Shown one piece after another: positions 41,109 to 51,278 of a stretch of DNA of 64,000 bases. Every line of letters begins with the position of its first letter. Position 1 is the first letter of the stretch. The position numbers and the translations under genes are program-made. Origin of the DNA: a virus (taxonomy: Duplodnaviria; Caudoviricetes); the IMG/VR virus record IMGVR_UViG_3300021431_000091, positions 1 through 64,000 of that record, one strand, 5' to 3'. The notes beneath the pieces were generated by a model, which saw only the letters and a list, made by a program, of their open reading frames with translations, did no database searches and was not told the DNA's origin.

Positions 41109-42029
41109 TTGTAGTTGTAAAGATTTGAGAGTGTGGTGTGGGGTGTTCCCAGAAATTCGGATTTGAAAATTGGGCCCCCGAAAAATTTTGGGGAAGGCTA
41201 TATATGGGGTTTTTATATGTCAGAAGTTTTTATTTTTGGTGCGCCTGGCGGCGAAAATGCCCATACGGGCCTGTCCTGCGGACGGCGTTCTATTATAGGG
41301 AAAATATTGTATTTTTAAAGTCGTTCGTCTGAGATTCCAGGAATTTTGTTGTGAGGGTTGTGGGGAAAGTGTGGGGAAAGGGAGAGTGGCCGGTGTGGGG
41401 AGGGGTGGAAAAACGGATTTGAAAAATGGGGTAAAATTTTGTGTGTGGAATCCCGTACCGAGGTGGTGGGGTGTTCGGTTTTTTTACTTTCATTTAGTGC
41501 TCCAAGCCCTTTGTTTATCGGTGTTTCACTGATTTTTGGTGTAAATTTTTGTTTGTTTCACTTTTGCCAAAAGTGAAAGTAAAAAGTACGTCAATACCTT
41601 ATTTATATATAATGTTCCGAAATTTTTACATTTTTGAGTCAATTGTGAAAAAGTGTTTAAAAATTGATAGCCTCGGCAACAAATTGAAAAATCTCTCGAA
41701 ACCCCTCTATTTACAGGGCTCCCCAGTGATTTCCTTGTTGTGGGTTTGTTTTCCCATCTCACTAATCCAAGCCAAAATCGTGTCAAAAAATCAGAAAATG
41801 ACCCCTTCAAAAGTCCCTTCAAACAGTCCCAAACCAACAAAAACACAAAAATTTCGTAAATATTTTTGAAAACTTTTATTTTTTTCTTATATATCTTTTA
41901 AAGATATTGACCTACCCTAAACCTACCTACACATCCCATGTATTTTGTAAACTTTTCCGAAAACTTTCAAAAAATAATTGCAGAAAAATTTGGAGACTGA
42001 AACAAAGACCGCAGATATTTGCAGTGTCA

Positions 42030-42700
42030 ATGATTCAGTCCCCAGCCATACAAAGGGCATGGCACTCAAAGACAAGCGCTCTTTACATAATGCGACACAG
42101 GCTCTTTAGAGCCGAAGAACAAAGCTCGTCCCCAGCGTAATATAGTGGGCATGGCACGACTTTGTTGCAGGCATTCTCTCGAAGAGAGAACAACACCAGT
42201 AGAATGCCCTCCCCGTAGGGGAGACTGAAGAACCGACCAAAGCACTCAGCCCCGTATGTATAGCTAACAGGCGGGCGCGAGAGAGAGCAACCAAATTTTA
42301 GAACTTGTTCTAAAATTGCAGATGCAAGCCGACCACAAGTCAAAATGCTTGCATTTTGTAGTCCCACAAGGACAGGCAATTCCTGCTTTAGAAAGCAGGA
42401 GGAGCGAACACTGGTTGAGCAACACCCTTTAGGGTGCCAGTTTGGGGGAACAACCCATATAACTCGTAGAGTTATCTGCTATGTAGCAGCAGTCCCAGCG
42501 AAGAACTCGTTGCATACTCAGCTTTGCTGAGTGTGGAGGTCAAGGACACGTTAGAAATTGCCGTGACCCAGCCCTTTATGGGCTGATAGCATAGGCTAAC
42601 GAGAACAAACGGAGTTTGCTCTGGGTGGCTCTAAGAGAGCCGTCTCGGTTTCTTAGGGGTAAGCTATGCTTATGACCGACTCCCACCCAGGGCTCAAAAA
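42030..42700. other. Non-coding region dense in short perfect hairpins
   Basis: More than 10 stems, e.g. TTCTCTC-GAA-GAGAGAA 42174-90, CTCCCC-GTA-GGGGAG 42209-23, ATAACTC-GTA-GAGTTAT 42459-75. Confidence 0.7.
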
Positions 42701-42753
42701 TTTTAATTTTTGTTTCATTTCAGCCCTACGGCATCACGGTCAAGCCGCATTTT

Positions 42754-43434
42754 ATGACAACACGCAAGAATAACAATCGCAAGCAGAGTGCAACAACCCG
42801 CGTAAACAAAGCTGCCAAGACTGCAAAGCAGTCGGTCCACACTTGGAATGCCGTCACAAGAGCTTTCCAAGAGCCTGCCAACCATAAGGTTGGACGTGAC
42901 CTCCTTGAGGCTATGAACACTTTGGGTGTTCATGTGACCAGACTGGCAACCCTCAAGACGGCTGATTTCTTCACGGCATGGTGGGGTGGTCTGAAAGACC
43001 AGGCTGGCAACCCTCAGATGTTCAAGTCAGTCGGTTACAAAGTAACCGTCTGCGGAGAGGACAAGCAGCTCTATACCCTCGAAGAGGGTGGCATCTACAA
43101 AGCCGTCAAGACCTACGAAAAGCGCACCATTCTGTCTACGACAGACAAGAACTTCGACAAGTCCGAGAACATAGCCCCTACTACGGATGTAGTAGTGGAC
43201 GGTCTCAAGCAGTGTGCTCTTTACGACACTTGGGTGGCTAAAGCCAAGAAAGCCGAGAAGAGTGCCCAGTCTATGACTGAGGGTTACATCAACAACGGCA
43301 CAGCCCAGCAGCCCGACTGGTGTCACGTTGCTCTTAGCAACGGGGAGTGGATGTTCACTGGTCTCGAAGAGAAAGCTGCCAAGAAAAAGTCCACCAAAGG
43401 TGGCAAGAAGAGCAGCCTGAAGAAAGCAGCCTAA
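42754..43434 (+). CDS. Early hypothetical protein, basic termini
   Basis: 226 aa, first gene of the rightward block. Confidence 0.7.
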   Translation: MTTRKNNNRKQSATTRVNKAAKTAKQSVHTWNAVTRAFQEPANHKVGRDLLEAMNTLGVHVTRLATLKTADFFTAWWGGLKDQAGNPQMFKSVGYKVTVCGEDKQLYTLEEGGIYKAVKTYEKRTILSTTDKNFDKSENIAPTTDVVVDGLKQCALYDTWVAKAKKAEKSAQSMTEGYINNGTAQQPDWCHVALSNGEWMFTGLEEKAAKKKSTKGGKKSSLKKAA

Positions 43435-43564
43435 CCCCTATGGGGTCTCCTGGTAGCCATTGCAGCCCGACTTTGGTGGCTGGTAAAGCATAGCTTTATG
43501 GAGGGTTCGATTCCCTCCTTTGGCACTAACTAAGCCCTACCGCATCACGGCAAAGCGGACAGAT

Positions 43565-44008
43565 ATGCGAGAAATACTCACTATGGGCGATATGTTTACA
43601 AAAGCCCAGCTTAGTGCTCTGGAAAAGGGCATCAAAGCAGACCAAAGGGAGGGGCTGCCCCTGCGTTTACGCAAAAAAGCCCAAAAGTCCGAAATGGAGG
43701 AAATTCGTAGCAAAGTCCAGTGGCAGCGTCACAAGAAACAGGCGGGCGACTGGGTAAGCAAAAAGCCCTACATCACGCAGGAAGAGGCTCAGAAAGCGTT
43801 CAATGCAAGGGAGTCAAAGCGTGAAGAGCGCAAAGCTGCAAGGTGTACCCTGGAGACAGGTGCGCAAATGTTCAACACAGGCAAGGGCGTGCGTACAAAG
43901 AAGCGCGTTTCCGACCACGTTGGAGAGAAAACTGGCAGCTATCTTCATGTTATCAGGTTCGCAAACTCAAAAGTCACAATAGTGTGCAAATCCAAGAAAA
44001 CTTTTTAA
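43565..44008 (+). CDS. Basic hypothetical protein
   Basis: Start set to MREIL just after the shared leader motif. Confidence 0.6.
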   Translation: MREILTMGDMFTKAQLSALEKGIKADQREGLPLRLRKKAQKSEMEEIRSKVQWQRHKKQAGDWVSKKPYITQEEAQKAFNARESKREERKAARCTLETGAQMFNTGKGVRTKKRVSDHVGEKTGSYLHVIRFANSKVTIVCKSKKTF

Positions 44009-44060
44009 CAATCACACAAAGCAGTTGTAGCCGCTCAGGGTGTGGGGCTACTGTATCATC

Positions 44061-44519
44061 ATGGCAAACGCTAAAAGGACCGCAGGAAAGACTGCAAAGA
44101 CCGAGAAGAAGGGCGCAAACTATCAGTTTGCAAGTATATTCACGGGTATGGATGCTGAGACTGCAAAGACAGCACTGGCAGCAGTAAAAGCAGCCTATGA
44201 GCACCACATCAAGACGCTGAAAATGCGTGACAAGGAGGTTGACCGCTTGCAGAAGCGTGCGGACAAGTTGGAAATCAAGCAGGTCTCCCTGGCTGACAAG
44301 AAAACCATCAAGAAGATGAAGTTCAAGCTGGTGGACTACTCTGAGAAGTGCTTTGTCCTGAGCACGGATGCGGATACAAAGTGCCTCATGGTGGCATTCA
44401 AGGAGCTTGGTGGCAAGTGGAACGGACGCTTGAAGAACTGCGGTAGCGGTAGCTATGTGTTCTCCAAGGAGAAGAGCCTTGCCCAGGTTAAGAGCGCACT
44501 CAAGGGGTGCTTTGCGTAA
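44061..44519 (+). CDS. Hypothetical protein
   Basis: C-terminal VDYSEKCFV...FKELGGKWNGRLK domain seen in small phage proteins. Confidence 0.65.
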   Translation: MANAKRTAGKTAKTEKKGANYQFASIFTGMDAETAKTALAAVKAAYEHHIKTLKMRDKEVDRLQKRADKLEIKQVSLADKKTIKKMKFKLVDYSEKCFVLSTDADTKCLMVAFKELGGKWNGRLKNCGSGSYVFSKEKSLAQVKSALKGCFA

Positions 44520-44542
44520 CGAAAAATGCAGACAAAATTCCC

Positions 44543-44692
44543 ATGACACCACAGGACAAAATCATCATGCTCTCAAGGGCACGACGTATCCTTGAGGGTC
44601 ATGGCAGGGTATCAGTGAGCGAGGTGCATGACATAATCGTGCGCCTCCTTGACGATGAACTTGACGCATATCTTGGAGCCCGTCCTGAGTAG
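44543..44692 (+). CDS. Small hypothetical protein
   Basis: Start MTPQDK. Confidence 0.5.
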   Translation: MTPQDKIIMLSRARRILEGHGRVSVSEVHDIIVRLLDDELDAYLGARPE

Positions 44693-44779
44693 CAATATGG
44701 CAGACACCCAGCCGTTTCGAGGGTTGGGCGGGCACAACACAATCTTATGTTTTTTGTTTCACTAAACATTTTCGCAATT

Positions 44780-44983
44780 ATGACAACAAAATTTGGACCC
44801 AAGGGAAAGACCTTGCTGCAAAACCTCATTGCAGGAATGAATGAGGCAAAACAAAAGTGGCAGGTGCGCTATGAGGCTGCAACTGACGAGTATCTGAAAC
44901 TGAAAGCCCTCAATATGGTGAACTGGTACGCCCAGGAAATCCAGGCTTACAAGCAAATGATTAGGGAGGGAGTGCGCGTATGA
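44780..44983 (+). CDS. Small hypothetical protein
   Basis: Start MTTKF after AT-rich leader. Confidence 0.55.
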   Translation: MTTKFGPKGKTLLQNLIAGMNEAKQKWQVRYEAATDEYLKLKALNMVNWYAQEIQAYKQMIREGVRV

Positions 44984-45143
44984 CTACCAGGGAATTCGAG
45001 GTTGACAGCATGACCCATGTTGACGACCTGACCGAGAGACTGTATGACACCTATTCGAGGGTAGAGGTCATCAAGTGCGTGAAAACTATGATTAACGTCA
45101 TCGTCCTTGTGGCGGTGGGCTACTAACTGGAAAGGGGGCTACT

Positions 45144-45347
45144 ATGGATGCAAATATGCTGAAGAAACGTGCCTACGATGAGATTGAGGGCATTTTCAAG
45201 ATGATGGCATACGCTGGTGTGTCCATGTACGTGATTACCTTTCGTATGAAGGAACTTATGCAGGAGTACAATATTTCCAAGCTGGAAATTGATATGCTCA
45301 GGCGCGAGGTCCTGTATCAGATTAACTTTTTGAACAACCCAATTTAG
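45144..45347 (+). CDS. Small hypothetical protein
   Basis: ORF track. Confidence 0.5.
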   Translation: MDANMLKKRAYDEIEGIFKMMAYAGVSMYVITFRMKELMQEYNISKLEIDMLRREVLYQINFLNNPI

Positions 45348-45521
45348 CGAGAATATGCTGAAATTTGCAGAAAAGCGTGGCAAGAGAACACGCTGTATCA
45401 GACATGGCATCGAGAGCCACTGGGATGACTTCACCCAGAGAGTTGAAGCAGTGTTAATAACCTCCAGGCTTGTCGTAAGGGCAACACCAGCTGGCAAGCG
45501 GATTAACTACAGTTTTGCAAA

Positions 45522-45731
45522 ATGAAAGACTTGGTAAAATTCGTGCTCATGGGACTTGTGCTTGTCCCGTGCGTGCTGGTGTTCAATGAGGGCACCAATA
45601 TGTTCTGGAATGTGCTGGGAGCAGTGTACCTGTTCGTGCTTGCTGCCTATGTAATTGGTAATGCAAAGAAAATGGACGAGCTACTAAGACGCATGGAACA
45701 GTTCGAGAAAAACTTAATGGACGTTAAATGA
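45522..45731 (+). CDS. Small two-TM membrane protein
   Basis: Two hydrophobic helices. Confidence 0.6.
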   Translation: MKDLVKFVLMGLVLVPCVLVFNEGTNMFWNVLGAVYLFVLAAYVIGNAKKMDELLRRMEQFEKNLMDVK

Positions 45732-45807
45732 CGTTCCAAAAGGTTAATAAATCAACGGGGCTGGGGTAACTCAGCCCTATTTCATAACGTACTAAAAACA
45801 AAACGAA

Positions 45808-46689
45808 ATGGACAAGAATATTGTATTTTTCGGAGAGAGCGGACTGACATCTACATCCGCTAACCATGTGGCTAACCTTGCAAAGGAATATGCCCAGAAA
45901 CAAGAGAGTTGGCTGAATAATGTTTGTTTCTATTCCACCAAGGTCGGGCTGATTGGAACTGGCAACACGAATCAGATAGGCATTGGTTATTGTGACGAGG
46001 AACTTGCTGCAATCCCAGCCAAACTGGAAGAGGTCACGAAAGCCAAGTCTCTGATCGCGTGGCTGCGTGAGGCTATCAAGGCGCGTGATACCATGTTCGA
46101 GGCAGCCAACACAAAGGACATTGAGGAGTGGTACAAGGAGCGTGGTCTTGAGTTCTGGAAAGCACCCAGCCGTCCAACTCCATTCACTAAGGACGACATC
46201 ATTGCAACCCTGAACATCAAGGAGCGCAACCACATCTATACGCTGGAGACCATGTGTGCCGTCATTGGCAAGTATATACACCCAGACGGAAAGTATTCCA
46301 TTGCCAGGAAGAAAGCAGCAAATGTTGTAGATGTTCCGTTTGAGGTTCATGGAGAGGGGCGAGATGCTATGGTCTATGAGTTCTATTGCACTGTCAGCAA
46401 TGATGATGTGGACCAGTTGTTCTTCGAGTTGCAAGCTAAGCACCGTGCTGCCCAGGCTGAGCTGAACAAGATACTCCATGAGATTGATGAGCGTGTCCGT
46501 GAGGCTAATATGGCTCAGAATGCCCAGTACGCTGAGAAACTGCGTGAGTGGGATGTGGCTGGCAAGAAGCAGCTGGCTGAGTTTGAGGCATGGAAGAGTG
46601 AGGAGACCAAGCGTATCGCTGACCTCAAGATTGTCATCCCAGACCACCTCAAGGGAATCTACGAGACTGTGAATGCGTTAGGAAAATAA
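45808..46689 (+). CDS. Coiled-coil hypothetical protein
   Basis: 293 aa, GLTSTSANHVANLAKE N-terminus; followed by a structured RNA-like element. Confidence 0.7.
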   Translation: MDKNIVFFGESGLTSTSANHVANLAKEYAQKQESWLNNVCFYSTKVGLIGTGNTNQIGIGYCDEELAAIPAKLEEVTKAKSLIAWLREAIKARDTMFEAANTKDIEEWYKERGLEFWKAPSRPTPFTKDDIIATLNIKERNHIYTLETMCAVIGKYIHPDGKYSIARKKAANVVDVPFEVHGEGRDAMVYEFYCTVSNDDVDQLFFELQAKHRAAQAELNKILHEIDERVREANMAQNAQYAEKLREWDVAGKKQLAEFEAWKSEETKRIADLKIVIPDHLKGIYETVNALGK

Positions 46690-46694
46690 TATAC

Positions 46695-46978
46695 ATGTGC
46701 GGGTAACCCAGGACTGACCCCATTTGGGAGAAACCTGGGTGTATGCGCAAGGAAAGGCGTTCTTACAACATAAAATGAAGAATAAATGAAACAATGCGGT
46801 TGTGCTGTGCCGTCCTTAATGGAACACGGCATGACCTTTCTCCAAGTGCCGCGAATTTACCGCCCTGAGATGCATTGATTTGCGGAGGGTTCGCTCTTGC
46901 TCTTGTTGCGGTTTGGAGGTTCTTGATATTGTTCTTGGCTTCATTCTTGTTGCGTTTTTCCAAGTGCAGCCCGCACAT
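46695..46978 (+). ncRNA. Putative structured ncRNA (~285 nt)
   Basis: Closing stem ATGTGCGGG/CCCGCACAT, several internal stems, UCUUG repeats. Confidence 0.55.
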
Positions 46979-46995
46979 TTTAATCCCATACGAAA

Positions 46996-47439
46996 ATGAT
47001 TTCGAATTTCACTACAATTGAGCAGAGCAAGGCTTTGCTTGAGGCTGGACTTGACCCGATGACAGCTGACATGAAGTATATCGGTTGTTCTGAGGATAAG
47101 CTGTTTCCAGACATGCATAAGTACTGTCCGTCATTTGACCAGTTCCTCAATCCTGTACTGCCATGTTGGACTGTTGCGAGACTTCTTGTCCTACTCCCAG
47201 ACCACATTACGATTTGTGAGACTGGTAGGATACGCAAGCAGTACCACCTGGAAATTTCCAAGTATGAGCCCTGGGACTACGGGGTTTGCTATGTTTACGG
47301 GTTCTACCCAGATGAATCAGTCCTTAAGGAGACTGGTGGAGAGAATCTTCTTGACGCTCTTGTGGAAATGCTATGCTGGGTCATGGATAACCACTATGAG
47401 GATACTGAAACACAATCAGAAATCATTAACGAAAAATAA
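46996..47439 (+). CDS. Hypothetical protein
   Basis: TTIEQSKALLEAGLDP.TADM N-terminus, PCWT..RLL..LP. Confidence 0.65.
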   Translation: MISNFTTIEQSKALLEAGLDPMTADMKYIGCSEDKLFPDMHKYCPSFDQFLNPVLPCWTVARLLVLLPDHITICETGRIRKQYHLEISKYEPWDYGVCYVYGFYPDESVLKETGGENLLDALVEMLCWVMDNHYEDTETQSEIINEK

Positions 47440-47441
47440 TC

Positions 47442-49241
47442 ATGGCTTATTCAACAGACGAGGTTGCCCACAGATGGGCACACAATATGATGGGAAGAAA
47501 TGGCGAGGTTTATGGTAACAGCGTTCATGCCGATTCCATCAGTTTCTACAGTTACAGCACCGTTATTGCCCAGTACGTTGACCGTGAAAAGGGTGTTGTG
47601 CTGTATGATGACAGAAGCTACAGCAACACCACATGTAAGCATCAGTGTGCGGTCAGTATGGCACTCCCGAATAGTGTGGTTGTCATTGTCACAAACAATG
47701 CCAATGTGCTCTGGTGGAGAGAAAAGTGGGACGCTAATGCAAGAATGAAGGTTGTTGACGACCTAATCGGTTCGATGTATGAGGGGCTTAAGCCTTATCT
47801 GACATCAAAGAACCACGGCTTTGACCCATATTACGGAAATAATACGTATTGCAGGTATCGCAATCTTCCAGCTATCGATAAACTAAACGCATTGTATGGC
47901 GATTGCAGTCTGAAAAAGTGGCTGCGTAGCAAGCGTGGAAAGCTGGGTAAGTGGGGCAAGAAGAGTGACCAGTACAGGAAGCGTAACATGGTCAAGGCAC
48001 TTATCGAGAACCAGCGTCTTGATAAGGTTGTGGATGCCACATTTGGAGACGGAACCTGGGCAGCCTATATGAAGCGCAATTCAGCGATTGACAAGGCAAG
48101 GGCTACGATGGCTAAGACCAATATGTTCATGCAGGACTATATGGGGTTTGATTTTGAGCCTTTCGGTGGAGTCAACAGGCATCACTGGGGTGGCAGTATG
48201 CAAATCAAGTCCAAGTGGTCTGTCAAGCAGCTGCGAAAGATGACCGTGAGTGAGCGCATAGATATTCGTGCCCAGGTCAAGTACAACAGGGAGCACGGAA
48301 TCTATGGCAGCGACATCTTCGGAGAGGAGAAGCGCAAGAACGATTCTTACAACAGAGCTTTGAAATTCCTGGGTATCACAACCTATAAGCCATATCGCTG
48401 GGGAAACGATGCTGAGGAGAGGCTTATTGATAGCATGGTTGACGGGGATAAGATGATTTACTCAAGAACCCAGTATGACCGTGTTATCAAGGCAAACGGA
48501 GACACTGGAAGCTATATACGCTACCCCAAGGAGCTGCAAAAAGAGTTCAACTTTGCCCAGGATTCCGAGTTGTACAAGATGTTCTGCGAGTATCCTGACA
48601 AGTTCGTGTTCAGAAAGCGTCTCCAGAAGAAACTGGAAATCTGGCAGAGACGTATCAAGGGCTACTGGTTGCAGATGTGCGTCAAAGAGAACCCAGACCT
48701 CCAGCTTTCGGGAGACGAGAACCACATGCTCAACGAAATCGTTATCCGTATGGAGCACTGGGCAGCTGAGGAGGCAGAGCGTAGGAGAGTTGAAGCCCAG
48801 AGACGTGCCGAGGAAGAGCGTGAGAGGCGTGAGCGTGAGAGACAGAGACAGCTTGAGACCATCAAGGCTATGGAGGAATACAAGAACGGTGGTCTGGATG
48901 CGGTCCGTGATTTGTACTGGAACAAGGACAAGCAGCTTCCCTATGAGATACGCTATAACAAGGACATCAACTTCGGTGGTAACGTCCTGCTGAGATTTGC
49001 CCACCAGGAAGGATATATTGAGACCTCAAAGGGTATCAGACTGAGCTTTGAGGAATGCCACAGATACTGGAACACCATCAAACGCTGGCACGACACTGGA
49101 AAGTTCGAGGAAAACGTTACGATGGCTGGGTATCGGGTCAATTCCTTCGAGAACGATATTCTTGTGGCTGGCTGTCATGAGATTGCCTACTGCGAGATGG
49201 AGAGAATGTATGCAGCCATGTGTGAAAAAGAGGCTGCGTGA
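47442..49241 (+). CDS. Large hypothetical early protein
   Basis: 599 aa; FYSYSTVIA...YSNTTCKHQ N-domain, coiled coil, AGCHEI C-domain. Confidence 0.7.
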   Translation: MAYSTDEVAHRWAHNMMGRNGEVYGNSVHADSISFYSYSTVIAQYVDREKGVVLYDDRSYSNTTCKHQCAVSMALPNSVVVIVTNNANVLWWREKWDANARMKVVDDLIGSMYEGLKPYLTSKNHGFDPYYGNNTYCRYRNLPAIDKLNALYGDCSLKKWLRSKRGKLGKWGKKSDQYRKRNMVKALIENQRLDKVVDATFGDGTWAAYMKRNSAIDKARATMAKTNMFMQDYMGFDFEPFGGVNRHHWGGSMQIKSKWSVKQLRKMTVSERIDIRAQVKYNREHGIYGSDIFGEEKRKNDSYNRALKFLGITTYKPYRWGNDAEERLIDSMVDGDKMIYSRTQYDRVIKANGDTGSYIRYPKELQKEFNFAQDSELYKMFCEYPDKFVFRKRLQKKLEIWQRRIKGYWLQMCVKENPDLQLSGDENHMLNEIVIRMEHWAAEEAERRRVEAQRRAEEERERRERERQRQLETIKAMEEYKNGGLDAVRDLYWNKDKQLPYEIRYNKDINFGGNVLLRFAHQEGYIETSKGIRLSFEECHRYWNTIKRWHDTGKFEENVTMAGYRVNSFENDILVAGCHEIAYCEMERMYAAMCEKEAA

Positions 49242-49334
49242 AGATATTGCGGAGACGATTGTTTTTCGTAATTGTGTGATTGTTGTCGGGGCTGGGTTTA
49301 CATGCCCAGTTCCCGATTTAAAAAAGAAAGCGTT

Positions 49335-49787
49335 ATGATTACAAACTTCCAATACAACGATATTGTCCTTTATGCAAAGGGATGGTATGAGAGGACAGAC
49401 CTGTATGAAGATTTAGGTTACCTTCTATCAAAAATATATGGATGGACACCTAAAAGAGATGATGAATTGGCGCATTTCATGCTTATTATCCTTGATAGAA
49501 TTTGTGAGGAGCAGGGTAAGAAATTCTCCAGTGGTTATTTGTGTTCTTTTGCATCTTTCTGGAATGAGGTAAACAGGTATTCAGACATTTATGAATGCAC
49601 TTATAATAGAGCAATCATACTTCTTGTGCTTGGTAGGCTCCAGGAATTAACAAAAGACGAAATAAAACTGAATCCACCACATTACGGGAAGAAAGAGCAT
49701 TTCCGTATGGGGTGTTTGCTTGGAAAGAATCCTATCTCAATGACCTATACGGAAATGAATAGGAGGGCACAAAAGATTTTCACTTAA
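49335..49787 (+). CDS. Hypothetical protein
   Basis: Start set to MITNF. Confidence 0.6.
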   Translation: MITNFQYNDIVLYAKGWYERTDLYEDLGYLLSKIYGWTPKRDDELAHFMLIILDRICEEQGKKFSSGYLCSFASFWNEVNRYSDIYECTYNRAIILLVLGRLQELTKDEIKLNPPHYGKKEHFRMGCLLGKNPISMTYTEMNRRAQKIFT

Positions 49788-49805
49788 CATAAAACTGAAA
49801 GTAAA

Positions 49806-49967
49806 ATGACAAAGCAAGAGTTAATCAACAAGCTTTCGGGTTATCACGATGATGCTGAAATACGTATCTCGACAAAGCAGAAGTCACCCAGGACATTGTA
49901 TTGTGCCGAGGGTGTACAGGATGCGTTCGGAGACAAGAGTAGTGTGGTAATCTGGGGTGGTTTCTAA
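49806..49967 (+). CDS. Small hypothetical protein (53 aa, not in track)
   Basis: MTKQELINKLSGYHDDAEIRI... Confidence 0.55.
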   Translation: MTKQELINKLSGYHDDAEIRISTKQKSPRTLYCAEGVQDAFGDKSSVVIWGGF

Positions 49968-49972
49968 AACTT

Positions 49973-50689
49973 ATGACTATGGTTAACAAGATTATTGAGC
50001 AGATGCGCTCATACCTTCCAGAGAATGCGAGCTGCAAAAATGACTTCGAGAGGTATGATGTTCCAGAAATTATGAAAAATCTGGAGCCGTTCTTCTGGTC
50101 GGTTCGTAGCTATGGAACATCACTCTGTCACATTGGTCCGACAAGGATGAACAGGCTGTTTGAGAATGAGGCAAGCAGGTTCCAGATATTCCGAGACCAC
50201 GATGCTCCGATTGCGGGTATCAGGTACTGGCATGAGGGTAAGCTGTTTTTCTTTGACGGGCTTCAACTTGTGGGTGTCAGCAAAGATGATGTCCAGTGTA
50301 TTTATGAAAACATCTGGTGCAAGGAAATATGCAAGGTTATTGAAAGGCACCCAGACGAATTTGAGATGTGCGACAAACCGCTGGAAATCAGAATGGAAGA
50401 GTGTGTGGCTGCAAAACTTGATGCAAGCATGGCATTTGCAAAGAGCATCAGTGACACCAGCCTTGAGGAATGCTTGGCAAGATTATCTAAGCACTCCAGG
50501 TTCGGAGTTGACCACTATATCACGCTAATGAGTGATTTTTCAGAACATGGCTATCTGTTCTTTGAGAACCTGAACGGAGAATGTAGAATGAATGGCGGTA
50601 TCATCTATCATGGCAACCCCAAAGAGGGCTATAAGGAGAATTCAAGTGTACAAATTAACCCCAGCTACGGCTGGTCAATCCATACTTAA
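49973..50689 (+). CDS. Protein with C-terminal DUF4120-like domain
   Basis: NGGIIYHG...SVQINPSYGWSIHT C-terminus. Confidence 0.55.
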   Translation: MTMVNKIIEQMRSYLPENASCKNDFERYDVPEIMKNLEPFFWSVRSYGTSLCHIGPTRMNRLFENEASRFQIFRDHDAPIAGIRYWHEGKLFFFDGLQLVGVSKDDVQCIYENIWCKEICKVIERHPDEFEMCDKPLEIRMEECVAAKLDASMAFAKSISDTSLEECLARLSKHSRFGVDHYITLMSDFSEHGYLFFENLNGECRMNGGIIYHGNPKEGYKENSSVQINPSYGWSIHT

Positions 50690-50690
50690 T

Positions 50691-50873
50691 ATGAAATACG
50701 AAGCACAAATGGAAGCCCTTGCCCACTACACTGTTGAAGTTGAAGCTGACAGCATGGAAGAGGCTAAGGAAAAAGCAAGAAACATGAATTTCCCAAAAGA
50801 GGAAATGGAAATTGAGGAACCTATACCAACATTCGTTGAGTGTAGAGAGACTGGAGAAACAGGTTGGTGGTAA
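50691..50873 (+). CDS. Small acidic protein
   Basis: VEVEADSMEEAKEKA motif. Confidence 0.55.
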   Translation: MKYEAQMEALAHYTVEVEADSMEEAKEKARNMNFPKEEMEIEEPIPTFVECRETGETGWW

Positions 50874-50884
50874 TTTTATCTATT

Positions 50885-51277
50885 ATGGCAACAACAATCA
50901 AGTATCAGGACAAGGAAATACAGCTGTCCAGTGAGTACCTTGGGATCGCTTACCCCTGGGGAGAGAAGTACAAAAAGGAGCATCACTTGGTTACGGTTAA
51001 GGTTGACCGTCATGAGGCTAAGTTTGACTTTTACTGCAACGACAGAGTGCTCAAGGCTAATAACCTCAGAGAGGCTTTTTACTACTTCCTGTCTGACGGA
51101 ATCGCCTTCTACAATGCTGGAAGTATCGATGAGTTTGCTGCTGAGTTCGGCTATGATAAGCCATCCCAGCTGTTAGATGCTTATGAGGGCTGCAAGGATG
51201 CGTGGTTCAAATGGAAGCCGTTTGGAATCAATGCGTGGAACCTTGCAAATTGGCTACAGGAAAAATACGATTTGTGA
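50885..51277 (+). CDS. Hypothetical protein
   Basis: Start MATTI. Confidence 0.6.
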   Translation: MATTIKYQDKEIQLSSEYLGIAYPWGEKYKKEHHLVTVKVDRHEAKFDFYCNDRVLKANNLREAFYYFLSDGIAFYNAGSIDEFAAEFGYDKPSQLLDAYEGCKDAWFKWKPFGINAWNLANWLQEKYDL

Positions 51278-51278
51278 T

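Noticed and set aside
41133-42530. Several 60-106-aa ORFs on both strands
   Set aside because: Low-complexity products of skewed, homopolymer-rich DNA without the codon bias of neighbouring genes.
43500-43518. tRNA gene
   Set aside because: Only a T-arm-like hairpin (GGAGG-GTTCGATTC-CCTCC) is present; I could not build acceptor, D and anticodon arms.
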